IMG/VR virus record: IMGVR_UViG_3300045973_000170
Location: 62,842-126,841 of that record
Strand: one strand, 5' to 3'
DNA: 64,000 bases
DNA from: a virus
Lineage: Duplodnaviria; Heunggongvirae; Uroviricota; Caudoviricetes
The translations under genes and the position numbers were made by a program. Positions within the stretch are counted from its first letter, which is position 1; each line of letters starts with the position of its first letter. Shown in pieces: positions 47,078 to 56,897 of the stretch. The notes under the pieces are model-generated. The model was not told the DNA's origin. It searched no databases and worked only from the letters and a program-made list of their open reading frames with translations.

Positions 47078-47500
47078 TTAGTCCTCGGAAGGAATGAACT
47101 CCACAGTTGAAACGCGAACGTCCTTGGGGATATACACACCATTTATCGTCTTGAACTGAATCACCGTGTCAAAGCGGAATGAACGCCAATCCTTGCGCTC
47201 AAGATCATACACCACACATGTATCAGGGTTGGGGCGTCTTGCTGGCCTCTTCTGATCCTTCAGTGGCTTTGCGGGGGGAAGAAAGTCAGGATCAAGTGTA
47301 CATACCATATCACGACACGAACCTGTGCTTTCCTTCTGGAAGGTTACCGTTACCACGCCTTCGTGGAGAAGGTCATTCAATGTGGCCTTCATTTCGGCAT
47401 ACGCATCCGTGTTCTTTTCTACCATCATGTGTTGCTCCTTTAATAGGGATATATGCAACGTAACGGGTGGGGGGCTGTTTGTCAACCCCCCACCCAACAC
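47078..47500 (-). CDS. hypothetical protein
   Basis: 140-aa ORF; TTGACA-N17-TACGTT promoter upstream. Confidence 0.45.
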   Translation of the reverse strand: MLGGGLTNSPPPVTLHISLLKEQHMMVEKNTDAYAEMKATLNDLLHEGVVTVTFQKESTGSCRDMVCTLDPDFLPPAKPLKDQKRPARRPNPDTCVVYDLERKDWRSFRFDTVIQFKTINGVYIPKDVRVSTVEFIPSED

Positions 47501-47501
47501 T

Positions 47502-48344
47502 TTACGGAGTTACCTTGATGAAAGGCACCGCACCACTCGTAACCGTGGGTAGGACGCCGTTCCACTTGTCCAGAGCCTTGGCCTGAAGTACAGCACTCGT
47601 CAAAGACTGCTGAAGCAAACTGTTGGCATGAGCCTGACCCGAAGCACGGATGACTGACGAAAGACTGTCACCACGGGCCGTCTGAATCATCTGATTGGCC
47701 TCTGCCTCTGCTTGCTTGACCTTGTTACCCGCCTCAATAGCCGCCTGTGCCGCCGCAAGCACCGCATTGATGCTTCGCTTCACGTTCTGATCAACACGAA
47801 TCTCACCGATGATGGAAAGCTGTGTCATCTTGATACCCATGGGGTCTAGGTGAGCGCGAATCTCAGCAAGGGAACTATCCTGAAACACTTGCTTCTGATT
47901 ACCAAAAATGTCAGTAACCTTCATTCGGCTGGCGTGATGACTGAACGCATCGCGCATCAAAGAGCGAACGAAAATCTGCATGATGTGGTCTTCGTCCTTA
48001 CGGAACTTGACGAAAATCTTCGGCACAGAGTCGGCCTGAAACTCCACGCTAGTCTGAACGTCGAAGTTGATGGTGGCACCTTCGATGCTGTTCACCGTGA
48101 TGCTCTCATCCGTGGGGCTACCCTCATCCTTGGCGGCAGTCCAAATCTTGTTCTGCTGGAAGGTGGGGAAACGATACAGGTCGGTGGTGATGGGGTTGTA
48201 CAGTACAACACCCGTGCGAATGGGGAAGTCCTGAACACCCTTCTGGGAACCGTAGTTGTTGACCAGAATGCCAACGGTACCGGGGGCCACAGTGCCACAG
48301 GCCGACAGCGCGAGTACAGCAACAGCAAGGAACAGTCTCTTCAT
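47502..48344 (-). CDS. SPFH/band-7 domain lipoprotein
   Basis: Lipobox MKRLFLAVAVLALSAC; prohibitin-like core and C-terminal Ala/Gln-rich coiled coil. Confidence 0.55.
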   Translation of the reverse strand: MKRLFLAVAVLALSACGTVAPGTVGILVNNYGSQKGVQDFPIRTGVVLYNPITTDLYRFPTFQQNKIWTAAKDEGSPTDESITVNSIEGATINFDVQTSVEFQADSVPKIFVKFRKDEDHIMQIFVRSLMRDAFSHHASRMKVTDIFGNQKQVFQDSSLAEIRAHLDPMGIKMTQLSIIGEIRVDQNVKRSINAVLAAAQAAIEAGNKVKQAEAEANQMIQTARGDSLSSVIRASGQAHANSLLQQSLTSAVLQAKALDKWNGVLPTVTSGAVPFIKVTP

Positions 48345-48556
48345 TATGTAGTCTCCTTCTCAATTTGGGTTACCAGCCACATCACGAAATCCTTTACACA
48401 CAGCCCAACAAACATGATCAATACTCCGAAGCCAAGAAACCCAATGCCAACAGCCACATCGCTGTCCATGGTAACGAGGCTCGCAAAGAAAGACCACAAC
48501 GGCATCACAAAGAACAAACCGACAAGCTTTGCGATGAGTCTTACCTTTTGACCCAT
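48344..48556 (-). CDS. small two-TM membrane protein (possible NfeD-like partner of SPFH protein)
   Basis: 70-aa ORF, 4-nt overlap with SPFH gene; own TTGACA-N17-TAAGCT promoter. Confidence 0.4.
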   Translation of the reverse strand: MGQKVRLIAKLVGLFFVMPLWSFFASLVTMDSDVAVGIGFLGFGVLIMFVGLCVKDFVMWLVTQIEKETT

Positions 48557-48587
48557 ACATCCTCCTGTTTTTGTGTACAGGGGAAGC

Positions 48588-49592
48588 TTAATGGGGGATT
48601 ATCCGTTTGTCAAGGGGTTGGGGCATCCATTTTTCATGACCCGTAAAATCCAATTCTTGGGGTGGACTTTCTTGGGTAACTTCCATGATACTTTCTTGGG
48701 TAACTTCTGTTACCACACCACTTACAAGTGGTTGAAGTGCTTTAACTTGTACCGCTTCAACATTCTCCACCTTTTCAGGGGTTTGAGGCTCCACCGGAAC
48801 ACTGGTATTGGGTACAATGGAAAGCCCTGTAACGAATTCTGGTCGCTTTATCGTATCATTCTTCGTTTCCCTTCGGTGAATATTACCAGCGATAACCAAA
48901 AGAATAGCCAGAGGGTCAAGCACAAACACCAAAGTCAAAATGAACCAGCGTACCACTACATCCATGTTGGTGTCAGGGGATATCAATGCCGCCAAATACT
49001 TTAGGGGGCCAACGTCCACTTCCTTTACCCGTTGAATCTGAGAGAGACTATCCTTCTGGTGTTGCAGTTCCAAAAGGTTCTTGTTAGCTAATACAATCTC
49101 AGCCTGTGTGGTCTTCCTTTCCTTGAGCAACTTGGTACGGGCCGCATCAGCACGAATTGTCTTTGATGTGTCAGTCAGGTAATTGTTCACCACCTTATCC
49201 CCTTGAGCCATGGACTGCTGTAGGAAGGTGATGTTACTTTGCTCCATGTCAATCTGTTTTTGTACGAAGGACACATTATCTACCGCACCCGCAATTCCCG
49301 TTGTTCCTTCAATATGTTTACGACTTAGATAGCCATAGACACCCACGGAAGACAAAAGAGATAGGGTAATTGTCATTCCCAGAAGGACAGAACGGGTGAG
49401 TGCCTTGTATTTGTTCCAGTACTGATACACGAATGATGCAGTCACTAGCTTACCCATTTCGAGTACGATGCCCATTGAAACAATAGGCAATACTGCATTA
49501 GGGAAAATAGCAGTCAGCCCACTTATACTGAAGTAGGCTGAAACCGACGAAATCAGAAATGCGGAAAGAAATAATAGGACTAGGAAGATCAT
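48588..49592 (-). CDS. membrane protein with extended coiled coil
   Basis: 334-aa ORF, N-terminal TM helices. Confidence 0.45.
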   Translation of the reverse strand: MIFLVLLFLSAFLISSVSAYFSISGLTAIFPNAVLPIVSMGIVLEMGKLVTASFVYQYWNKYKALTRSVLLGMTITLSLLSSVGVYGYLSRKHIEGTTGIAGAVDNVSFVQKQIDMEQSNITFLQQSMAQGDKVVNNYLTDTSKTIRADAARTKLLKERKTTQAEIVLANKNLLELQHQKDSLSQIQRVKEVDVGPLKYLAALISPDTNMDVVVRWFILTLVFVLDPLAILLVIAGNIHRRETKNDTIKRPEFVTGLSIVPNTSVPVEPQTPEKVENVEAVQVKALQPLVSGVVTEVTQESIMEVTQESPPQELDFTGHEKWMPQPLDKRIIPH

Positions 49593-49990
49593 TTGGGAAG
49601 TTTAAGGTGACTCCGGTGAATCCGGCACCGAATTTGCTCGTTGTAGAATTTCTCTGGCTGTTCTAGCACACAAAAGAGAAATTGCAACCTAGCCTCATGA
49701 TAACTACATTGCCCTCTAGTCTCACATAGGTGTAGTATCTCACGGACGAAAGACTGCTTTCCATGGGTTCCAACATCATCGTTGAGAGCTTTGTTTGATC
49801 CGTAGTACTCGCGCCAATCGGATTCGACGCGAGTACGTTTTCGTCTTCCTTTGACGGTTCTTGACTTGGCAAAGGTGAAGAGTTTCTTTCCAATGTATTC
49901 TCGGTTGTCTAGGGTATTGGTGATTTTGTAGACGAAGCCTATGATATTTGGTGGAACCTCTTCAAATTCTTTTCCTTCATATAACCACAT
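49589..49990 (-). CDS. GIY-YIG homing-endonuclease-like protein
   Basis: GFVYKITNTLDNREYIGKK matches GIY ... YIG spacing; adjacent to RNR gene. Confidence 0.5.
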   Translation of the reverse strand: MWLYEGKEFEEVPPNIIGFVYKITNTLDNREYIGKKLFTFAKSRTVKGRRKRTRVESDWREYYGSNKALNDDVGTHGKQSFVREILHLCETRGQCSYHEARLQFLFCVLEQPEKFYNEQIRCRIHRSHLKLPK

Positions 49991-50320
49991 AGAGCATCCA
50001 TGTTGGAGACTCTATATTTATGCCTCTTCGTCATCCTCTTCTACGTCATATTCATCATCCTGATCCAGCGGCTTCCCACAGAAGGGACAAAATCGGGGAA
50101 CAAAGATTTCATCACTTGAGTCATGCTTGACCCGAAATTCCATGTCGCATTCAGCGCAATATAGGTTCTTATTCATTGGTTCTCTTATCGTTGAGGTCAA
50201 GGGACAACTGAGCTTCTTTCACTTTCCTTCTTTCCTTCTCCACGGGGCATCCATAAAGATGATCGTTGTTGTAAATGTAATCCCCGCAATAGGGGCAATC
50301 GTAATAGTCAGAATGGGCCA

Positions 50321-51976
50321 TTATCCGCAACTCCCTGCTTTGGTAATGTCGCACACATCAACTGTTTCATAGAAGACTTCGCCAATGTGTTTCGCGGCGG
50401 TTGTGTATTTCACGGGTGTCAATGGCTGTCCACCACGCGCCCCATCAGGATAACAGGTAATACCACGCAACTCTGGAAGATACTTCATCAACATCGTCCC
50501 AAACTTCTGTACAGTGTTGCTGTTGTTATGTTCACTCCCCCACTCCGGAAGATTGATCGTGGATGAAATAGAGTGATCCACAAACTTTTGCAACCATGCC
50601 TGAAACTCCACGCGCCGTTCCACATCTTCTGCCAGTGTGTAGGCATCTTCAATATGGTCAGGGTTCACACCCCTATCAACGAGCTTCTTGGCTGTAGGAT
50701 CGATGACATACTGATAAGCCATCATATCCGTTCCCTTACGATATCTGCGCTTGTAGGCGGCACAGAAGATCGGCTCCATACCTGTGGTTGTCTCTGCCAC
50801 GATACCCGTTGTTCCATTCGGAGCAATGGCGCGAGTCTTCACTGGAACAGTCAAATCCCATTCCTTGGCATACTTGGTAGCAACCTCAGTACTCTGAGCG
50901 TAAATCTTCAAGTATTCTTCCAACTCTGCATCTGGCCCATATTTCTTGCCGTGCATCAACAACCATTCGTGTAATCCCATGAGTCCAAGCCCAAGGCGTC
51001 TATTCTTATGACGCATCTTGTCTACATCAGGATAAGGCACATCAGAGTAAACACTTCCTGCCAAAAGAAAAGCAATGCCACGATCCATGGCGATCTGCAT
51101 TTCTTCCAGAGAATTGATCTGAGCCATGTTGATACTTCCCAGATTACAAATGTCATCAGAATCCTCCGACGTTACTTCTGTACACGCATTACGAAGTGTT
51201 TCCTTACTGTTCTTTCCCACGTTCACTGAGAATCCGGGTTCTCCCGTCTTCAACATCTGCTCCACGACAGCCCAATAGACAGACTGTGCGTGAGTATGTA
51301 ACTCATGCTTCTCGTCCTTGAATGCCTTGAAAAACAAATCATCCAAGATGACTGAGATATTAGTCCCATCCATGGTTGCAGGGAAGTTGTAATCGTCTTC
51401 CTTCAACTCACGCACCTTGGAAGACCAATCCTTGAGGCGAATGAACTTATGAATATCAGCATGATTCCAATTTAGTCCAGCCCAGATAGCACTGCGGCGT
51501 GATCCACCTTGCATCACACCGCGACCAGCTTCGTTTACCATTTGCATAAGGGCGATTGGGCCTGTGGCCGTCCCACCTGTCTTACGGATAGGCTTACCCT
51601 CTGCACGAATGTCAGAGTAGTCTACACCGATACCAGCACCCGTCATGAGTGCCATGGTGGACTTCTTCATCAACTCACTCCATCCCTCACGACTGTCTTC
51701 TGCTCTCATGAGCAAACAGTTTTGAGTTTGATGAAAGGCGCGTCCTGTGGCATACAAGTATCGTCCACCCGGAACGAATTGCCTCTTTTGAATCAACCCC
51801 TGAATTTCCTTTGTCAGTGTCTTTGAGGCACCGACTGCCTTCATCACATGTTTGGCTGTTCGATATGAAATGTTCTCCCACGTTTCTTTTGTTTCATTTT
51901 CCAAAATATGGGAGTACTTCTGTTCCATGATGCTCTTTGCGAAGTCACTCATTACTACCGGATTGATTGCGACCAT
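50321..51976 (-). CDS. ribonucleotide reductase, probably class II (NrdJ-like)
   Basis: 551-aa protein; PIALMQMVNEAGRGVMQGGSRRSA ... NWNHADIHKFIRLK resembles class II radical-site and effector regions. Confidence 0.6.
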   Translation of the reverse strand: MVAINPVVMSDFAKSIMEQKYSHILENETKETWENISYRTAKHVMKAVGASKTLTKEIQGLIQKRQFVPGGRYLYATGRAFHQTQNCLLMRAEDSREGWSELMKKSTMALMTGAGIGVDYSDIRAEGKPIRKTGGTATGPIALMQMVNEAGRGVMQGGSRRSAIWAGLNWNHADIHKFIRLKDWSSKVRELKEDDYNFPATMDGTNISVILDDLFFKAFKDEKHELHTHAQSVYWAVVEQMLKTGEPGFSVNVGKNSKETLRNACTEVTSEDSDDICNLGSINMAQINSLEEMQIAMDRGIAFLLAGSVYSDVPYPDVDKMRHKNRRLGLGLMGLHEWLLMHGKKYGPDAELEEYLKIYAQSTEVATKYAKEWDLTVPVKTRAIAPNGTTGIVAETTTGMEPIFCAAYKRRYRKGTDMMAYQYVIDPTAKKLVDRGVNPDHIEDAYTLAEDVERRVEFQAWLQKFVDHSISSTINLPEWGSEHNNSNTVQKFGTMLMKYLPELRGITCYPDGARGGQPLTPVKYTTAAKHIGEVFYETVDVCDITKAGSCG

Positions 51977-52356
51977 TAGAGTCCTAGTGCCTTTTCGATA
52001 TTGGGTTTGAAGTATGTTTCTGGCTTGAGAATCTTTCCGTCTTCACGACGGAGTACTTGTCCATTCGCAGGAATCTTGCTCATGTTGGAATCACGAACTT
52101 CTTTCCATACGGGTTCAAGATCAATGCCCATGGCATTACATAAGCCAAAAACAACCCAAATCAAATCAGCGGCACCATCTGCTACCCCAACAATATTTCT
52201 CTCACGAAATGCATCTGCTATCTCTTGCGCTTCCTCTCGTACTAGTTCGGCGTATAAGAACGCCTGTTCATGGTTAGTGTCTACTGTGGGTTGATATGCT
52301 ACTGGTTGTCCACATAACTGTTGAAAGATTTTCACTTCCGTCTGCTCTTGAATCAT
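51976..52356 (-). CDS. MazG-like nucleotide pyrophosphohydrolase domain protein
   Basis: EE..E.. and ADGAADL acidic motifs; all-alpha NTP-PPase pattern. Confidence 0.4.
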   Translation of the reverse strand: MIQEQTEVKIFQQLCGQPVAYQPTVDTNHEQAFLYAELVREEAQEIADAFRERNIVGVADGAADLIWVVFGLCNAMGIDLEPVWKEVRDSNMSKIPANGQVLRREDGKILKPETYFKPNIEKALGL

Positions 52357-52386
52357 TCCTACAACCTCTGTTAAGGGAAAGGATAT

Positions 52387-53232
52387 TTATACCTTGTGAT
52401 ATTTTGGAACCCACTCAGGAATTCCATCGTAATTCCCAACATTTTCAAAATCTTCGAAATACAACGTGAAGTGCAAACGCAACTCTGTCAACACCTTATC
52501 AGCCAACCGACGAATCTCTGGTTCAGCAAATCGACTTGAACGCGATTCAACAAACCAACGCCATGCCCGAAGGTTGCCTGTATAGGTAATTCTAGTTTCC
52601 AAACAATGGGGAAGAATGTTACGAGCTTTTCCACGCGCCCACTTGCGAAGATCATGTCCCTTGAGATTCAAGGGATTCAAGTGTATGAGAGTTTCAACTT
52701 GAGATTCGTAAATATCAATGGCGCGTTCTGCCGCCTCAAGAAAATGAACATACAACCAATATTCATCATCATCGTTACCTAAAAATGAACTGTTTCCCTT
52801 ATGAACAATGATGGTTTCATCTTCATATGGAACGTTCAATTCGATACAATCTTTGAACTTGTTTGCAAGGGATGCATAGAACGGCTCAAGCACAATGGCC
52901 GAATTACCCTCTTCTGTGTAACGAGTTGATCGCTGTGAGATAGCATTCTGTCTGTGACGATTGCTCTCCAAGGACAGCGCACGGCTGATGCCTTCAAGAA
53001 ACAACGTGGCTGTAATGTGTTCCAAGACAGACCCATGCATCTGTTCAACAACTTGACGCTGGTTTGCCTCATTGGGCCGACCATCCTCACCATACGAATC
53101 GTAACATCCCTTGGCCGCAAACGCACCAATCTTCACTGCATCATTCCCATCGGCGGGAATCTTGTATACCGGATGTTCAATGAACACCTGTTTGGCAACC
53201 AAAGTCACCGTAGGTTCCAGAATCACTTTCAT
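52387..53232 (-). CDS. thyX: flavin-dependent thymidylate synthase ThyX
   Basis: ThyX signature RHRQNAISQRSTRY. Confidence 0.7.
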   Translation of the reverse strand: MKVILEPTVTLVAKQVFIEHPVYKIPADGNDAVKIGAFAAKGCYDSYGEDGRPNEANQRQVVEQMHGSVLEHITATLFLEGISRALSLESNRHRQNAISQRSTRYTEEGNSAIVLEPFYASLANKFKDCIELNVPYEDETIIVHKGNSSFLGNDDDEYWLYVHFLEAAERAIDIYESQVETLIHLNPLNLKGHDLRKWARGKARNILPHCLETRITYTGNLRAWRWFVESRSSRFAEPEIRRLADKVLTELRLHFTLYFEDFENVGNYDGIPEWVPKYHKV

Positions 53233-53534
53233 CGAATGTTTCTCCTTTCGTATTCTTCATCGTCTTTCTTCCACAAATTCAGTGAATAGGAATCTGCTAT
53301 CATCATAGCAAGATTTGCCACATCAGCGCATTCAAGAAGAATTCTTTCAATGTCGTCTTTGCACTCCAAACCCACTTCTAATTCACGAACCTCTTCTTTC
53401 AAATGTTCTAGAAGGTCTTTTGGCCTATCTGTTTTCCATGAAGTTCCTCTTGTTGCATCGTATTTACGCAACTTTGACTCCATAGCTTCGGCAAAATCAA
53501 GCACATCCTGTCTTATCATCTGATATTTCTCCAC
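53229..53534 (-). CDS. MazG-like pyrophosphohydrolase
   Basis: LEHLKEEVRELEVG ... ECADVANLAMMIAD pattern. Confidence 0.45.
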   Translation of the reverse strand: MEKYQMIRQDVLDFAEAMESKLRKYDATRGTSWKTDRPKDLLEHLKEEVRELEVGLECKDDIERILLECADVANLAMMIADSYSLNLWKKDDEEYERRNIR

Positions 53535-54565
53535 TCGGTAAATTGTAATTCAGCACTCAACCCCTGATAGGTGTTCTCACGGATGATTGCCACGGGATCA
53601 CGACCAGCCTGTATCATTTCGTTTACGTCCTTCTCTTGAATCTCACGGGGCCACACCACCACTTTGAACCCCAAGTCAATATACCGCTTCATGATCTTGC
53701 ACACTTCCGCATTACGGGGTTGGTTGTCGAACACGATGGTCAACTGATCCTTGGGCAAGTCCATGGTTTCAATCTTCCCAAAGGAGGTACCCCCACAGGC
53801 AATGCTGTTGGGAATGAAGAGACTATCAAACTGCCCTTCCAGTACCGTAATCGGTTGTGTCATATCTAGGTGGAAGAGTCCAAATGTCAAGTCAGCGTCT
53901 TCCTCAAACCGCACGGTAATGTATCGCAAGGCTTCTCCCCGGATAGCCCGAAGGGTGACCCCCACGATCTTCCCGTTCTCCTTATGGAAAGGAATAACAA
54001 GGCGAGGTTCCTCACTACTCAATGCCTTCTTGTACTTCTCAGGGGCGATAGCCAACATGTCCTTGACCTGAGGTACGAACCAGAGGCGATACAACTCATT
54101 GAAGGGAAGCATACGCTTGGCACAATACACCCGTGCTTCATGATCCCGTGGAAGGTCTGTGATATTGGTACACACTCCCCTGAGAAGATCATCTTCCCAA
54201 AGGGTTGGTGTCAGGACAAGTTCTCTCTGGGGTTCTAGGTCAGCGAATAGTTCCTCTGGCTGTGCCTTGTGTGCAGAACGTCCCCCCTCTCCCTTGGCAA
54301 ACCGTTCAAAGTAGTACTGATCATACAAAGCCGGATCAACGTCCTTCAGGAAGGTTCCGAAATGCATACTGGCATTGCAGTTATGACACTTGTAGTAAAG
54401 ATTTTGTTTCGATCTGTAGAAATAACCGCGAGTTTTGGTCTTTTTCTTACTAGAGTCACCACAGAGGATACAACGACAGTTCCACAGATAATCCCCCTTC
54501 TGTTTGAAGAGAGGCAATCTGGGGCTAAGTTGTTTCAAGTACGAGATATCAATATACAACGACAA
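53516..54565 (-). CDS. DNA primase (zinc-binding domain plus TOPRIM)
   Basis: CRCILCGDS ... CHNC zinc ribbon; TOPRIM-like EGQFDSL. Confidence 0.6.
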   Translation of the reverse strand: MSLYIDISYLKQLSPRLPLFKQKGDYLWNCRCILCGDSSKKKTKTRGYFYRSKQNLYYKCHNCNASMHFGTFLKDVDPALYDQYYFERFAKGEGGRSAHKAQPEELFADLEPQRELVLTPTLWEDDLLRGVCTNITDLPRDHEARVYCAKRMLPFNELYRLWFVPQVKDMLAIAPEKYKKALSSEEPRLVIPFHKENGKIVGVTLRAIRGEALRYITVRFEEDADLTFGLFHLDMTQPITVLEGQFDSLFIPNSIACGGTSFGKIETMDLPKDQLTIVFDNQPRNAEVCKIMKRYIDLGFKVVVWPREIQEKDVNEMIQAGRDPVAIIRENTYQGLSAELQFTEWRNIR

Positions 54566-54625
54566 GGGTACACTCCGGTTAGTCCAGAAATGTACCCTGT
54601 TGTCCTTCTCTTGTCAAGTGTTAGC

Positions 54626-55192
54626 TTAGAACCCTTTTCGACTTTTTTCTTCTTGAACCGCCATTGCAGTAGACGTAACCAAATCAGATGCCGTCTTTGC
54701 AGTAGAAGCAATAAGATCAGCAGCGGCTTGTGCGGCAATTTGAATGGTTGAAACAGCAACAGAAGCGGCATGGGCCGTTACCTCAGTGGCACTATTTGCG
54801 GCGGCAATTACAGCGGCGGCGGCATTTGTAGTTGCCTCAACAGAAGGCATTGCACCTTCCAATGTTGATGTTCGTTGAGCCACCCTTGAAACATCATTTA
54901 CCACCCCATCAATACGTTTATCAAGAGATTCAATAGTGATATTCAATTTTTGTGTATCTATAATTTGACGTTCTAATGCGTCAGTCAATTTTTCAACAGC
55001 ACGAACCAAAATAGGAATCTGAACAATTTGTGGGCCAACAACTTCTTTGATTGCTATATCTAATCTGGGGCCGACAAAAAACTTGATACCAGCCCAAAAA
55101 GTGGCAAGAATTGCAAGTACAGCAATCACAACATCGGAAGCTGTTCCAAAAATTGGAGATTGAAATAAGCTTGGGAAAGAGAGTATAATCAT
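54626..55192 (-). CDS. membrane-anchored Ala-rich protein
   Basis: 188-aa ORF. Confidence 0.4.
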   Translation of the reverse strand: MIILSFPSLFQSPIFGTASDVVIAVLAILATFWAGIKFFVGPRLDIAIKEVVGPQIVQIPILVRAVEKLTDALERQIIDTQKLNITIESLDKRIDGVVNDVSRVAQRTSTLEGAMPSVEATTNAAAAVIAAANSATEVTAHAASVAVSTIQIAAQAAADLIASTAKTASDLVTSTAMAVQEEKSRKGF

Positions 55193-55764
55193 TTGAATGT
55201 TCTAACCATGTGATGGAGTATCTGGAATCCGCACAATGCTCCCAACAATTTGGGGTTGTTTGCGTCTTGCCATTTTATTTTTCGTTCCTAACAGTGGATC
55301 ATACTTAGCAATACCGGGAGTGGCCGCAATGTTATTTGCTGGCACCCCACCACCTTCCCCTTCCTCTGTAATGAACTCTATGAATGATTTCATATCTTGC
55401 GTAATTTGAAAATGAGTTTCTGATCTAGTGGGATATCGCTCTCGTTCTTATTCCCAATCTTGCAATCGTCTGGAAGATACTCCAAGAACACAAGGAAGGT
55501 TTTAATCTGAGGCCAATACTTTTCTTCGAACTTGAAAAAGAGCAGGGGGACGGTGGCTTCTGCAAACACATTATGCAAAAGGATAATATGGTTGAGTATC
55601 AATCGTTCCCCGACTTCTCCCGTCTTCTCGTACTGCTTCAACAATCGTTTGATGTACTTGAAGCGTTTCAGATCATCTTGAAACTCCTTCATCCCTGTAC
55701 ACCCCGGATTGTCATAATGCTTTACTGTATATAGTAAAAACGTATCATCATTCAGAATCATAGT

Positions 55765-56208
55765 TTAGTAACTGATCGTTGCAGTTCCAGAAAGAGGCCA
55801 CCACTTGGTTCCATTCCAAAACAGTATCATAGTCTTGCCAGCTTGATCAAACACAATCGAAGTGACAGCCAAGTTTGTCCCTGTAAGAGTGGAGTTATTT
55901 GTCGCACTAGTGGTAAGAATGATCTTGAGTTGACCATCAAACAACCCATCATTGATGGCCAACGCAACATTGCCCGTGTTCGAAATCTTGGTTGTCGTTT
56001 GTGTGACGGTGATTGTTCCTGCACCAGCCAACGTCTGGGGAGTGCCACCCAAGTAGAGTGGACTCCCCGTTTTCATTGGTGATGGGATGTTGGCGAACAG
56101 AGTTGCAAATGTGAAATAGAAATCTTCTCCATCTCGCACCAAGTAACCTTTGTCCGTTCCTTCAATCGTTGTTGCAGGAGTGAAGTCTTCCAACTTTCCA
56201 TTAGCCAT
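55765..56208 (-). CDS. Thr/Asn/Gly-rich beta-type protein (virion or fibre candidate)
   Basis: 147-aa ORF directly downstream of repeat protein. Confidence 0.4.
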   Translation of the reverse strand: MANGKLEDFTPATTIEGTDKGYLVRDGEDFYFTFATLFANIPSPMKTGSPLYLGGTPQTLAGAGTITVTQTTTKISNTGNVALAINDGLFDGQLKIILTTSATNNSTLTGTNLAVTSIVFDQAGKTMILFWNGTKWWPLSGTATISY

Positions 56209-56222
56209 TAGTTAAACCTCAA

Positions 56223-56873
56223 TTAGGTTGGTGAAGGAGTTGGTGAAGGTGTCTCTGACGGCGTGATTGACGGGGTCACTGACGGCGTGATTGACGGGGT
56301 CACTGACGGGGTACGAGTGATTGTCGGTGTTACTGACGGGGTGAAACTCACTGACGGTGTTTCTGACGGCGTCACAGACGGTGTTACTGACTGGGTGTAC
56401 CCAATGCTGGTACTCGGCGTCAATGACGGTGTTGGTGTCGGTGTTACTGACCGTGTGGGCGTTGGGCTATGTGACCAACCAATGCTTGCACTCGGTGTTG
56501 AAGTTGGTGTTACTGACGGTGACCAACCAATGCTGGTACTTGGTGTCACTGACGGGGTGATTGATGGCGTCACGGAAGGTGTGACCGTAACCGAAGGTGT
56601 AATCGACGGTGTTGGGGTTACACTCCACGAAACGTTCGGGAAAATAGGATCATCACCACTACCTTCAGTGGGTGCTTCCTTCATGGCAATAAGTGTCTCG
56701 TAACGCACACGGCTGTTGCCAGCGTTATCGACGTTTGCTAGACGATAGACCCAACCAATGTGCTGTGGGCCGGGAGTCCATTTGATTTCCTCCCCATCTA
56801 CGCCGTAAACATCGTCTGCGTTCTTGACAGCGGGTTCAATATTTGGCCGCTGAGTTCTGCTCCAACCTGACAT
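56223..56873 (-). CDS. protein with N-terminal globular domain and Ser/Val/Thr/Pro tandem repeats
   Basis: SVTP/SITP repeats encoded by 12-nt periodic DNA repeats. Confidence 0.5.
   Translation of the reverse strand: MSGWSRTQRPNIEPAVKNADDVYGVDGEEIKWTPGPQHIGWVYRLANVDNAGNSRVRYETLIAMKEAPTEGSGDDPIFPNVSWSVTPTPSITPSVTVTPSVTPSITPSVTPSTSIGWSPSVTPTSTPSASIGWSHSPTPTRSVTPTPTPSLTPSTSIGYTQSVTPSVTPSETPSVSFTPSVTPTITRTPSVTPSITPSVTPSITPSETPSPTPSPT
56258..56305. repeat. exact 24-bp tandem duplication inside broader 12-bp periodic repeat tract (56230-56700)
   Basis: gacggcgtgattgacggggtcact occurs twice back to back. Confidence 0.6.
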
Positions 56874-56897
56874 GGTACTTCTCCTTAGGTAAAACTG

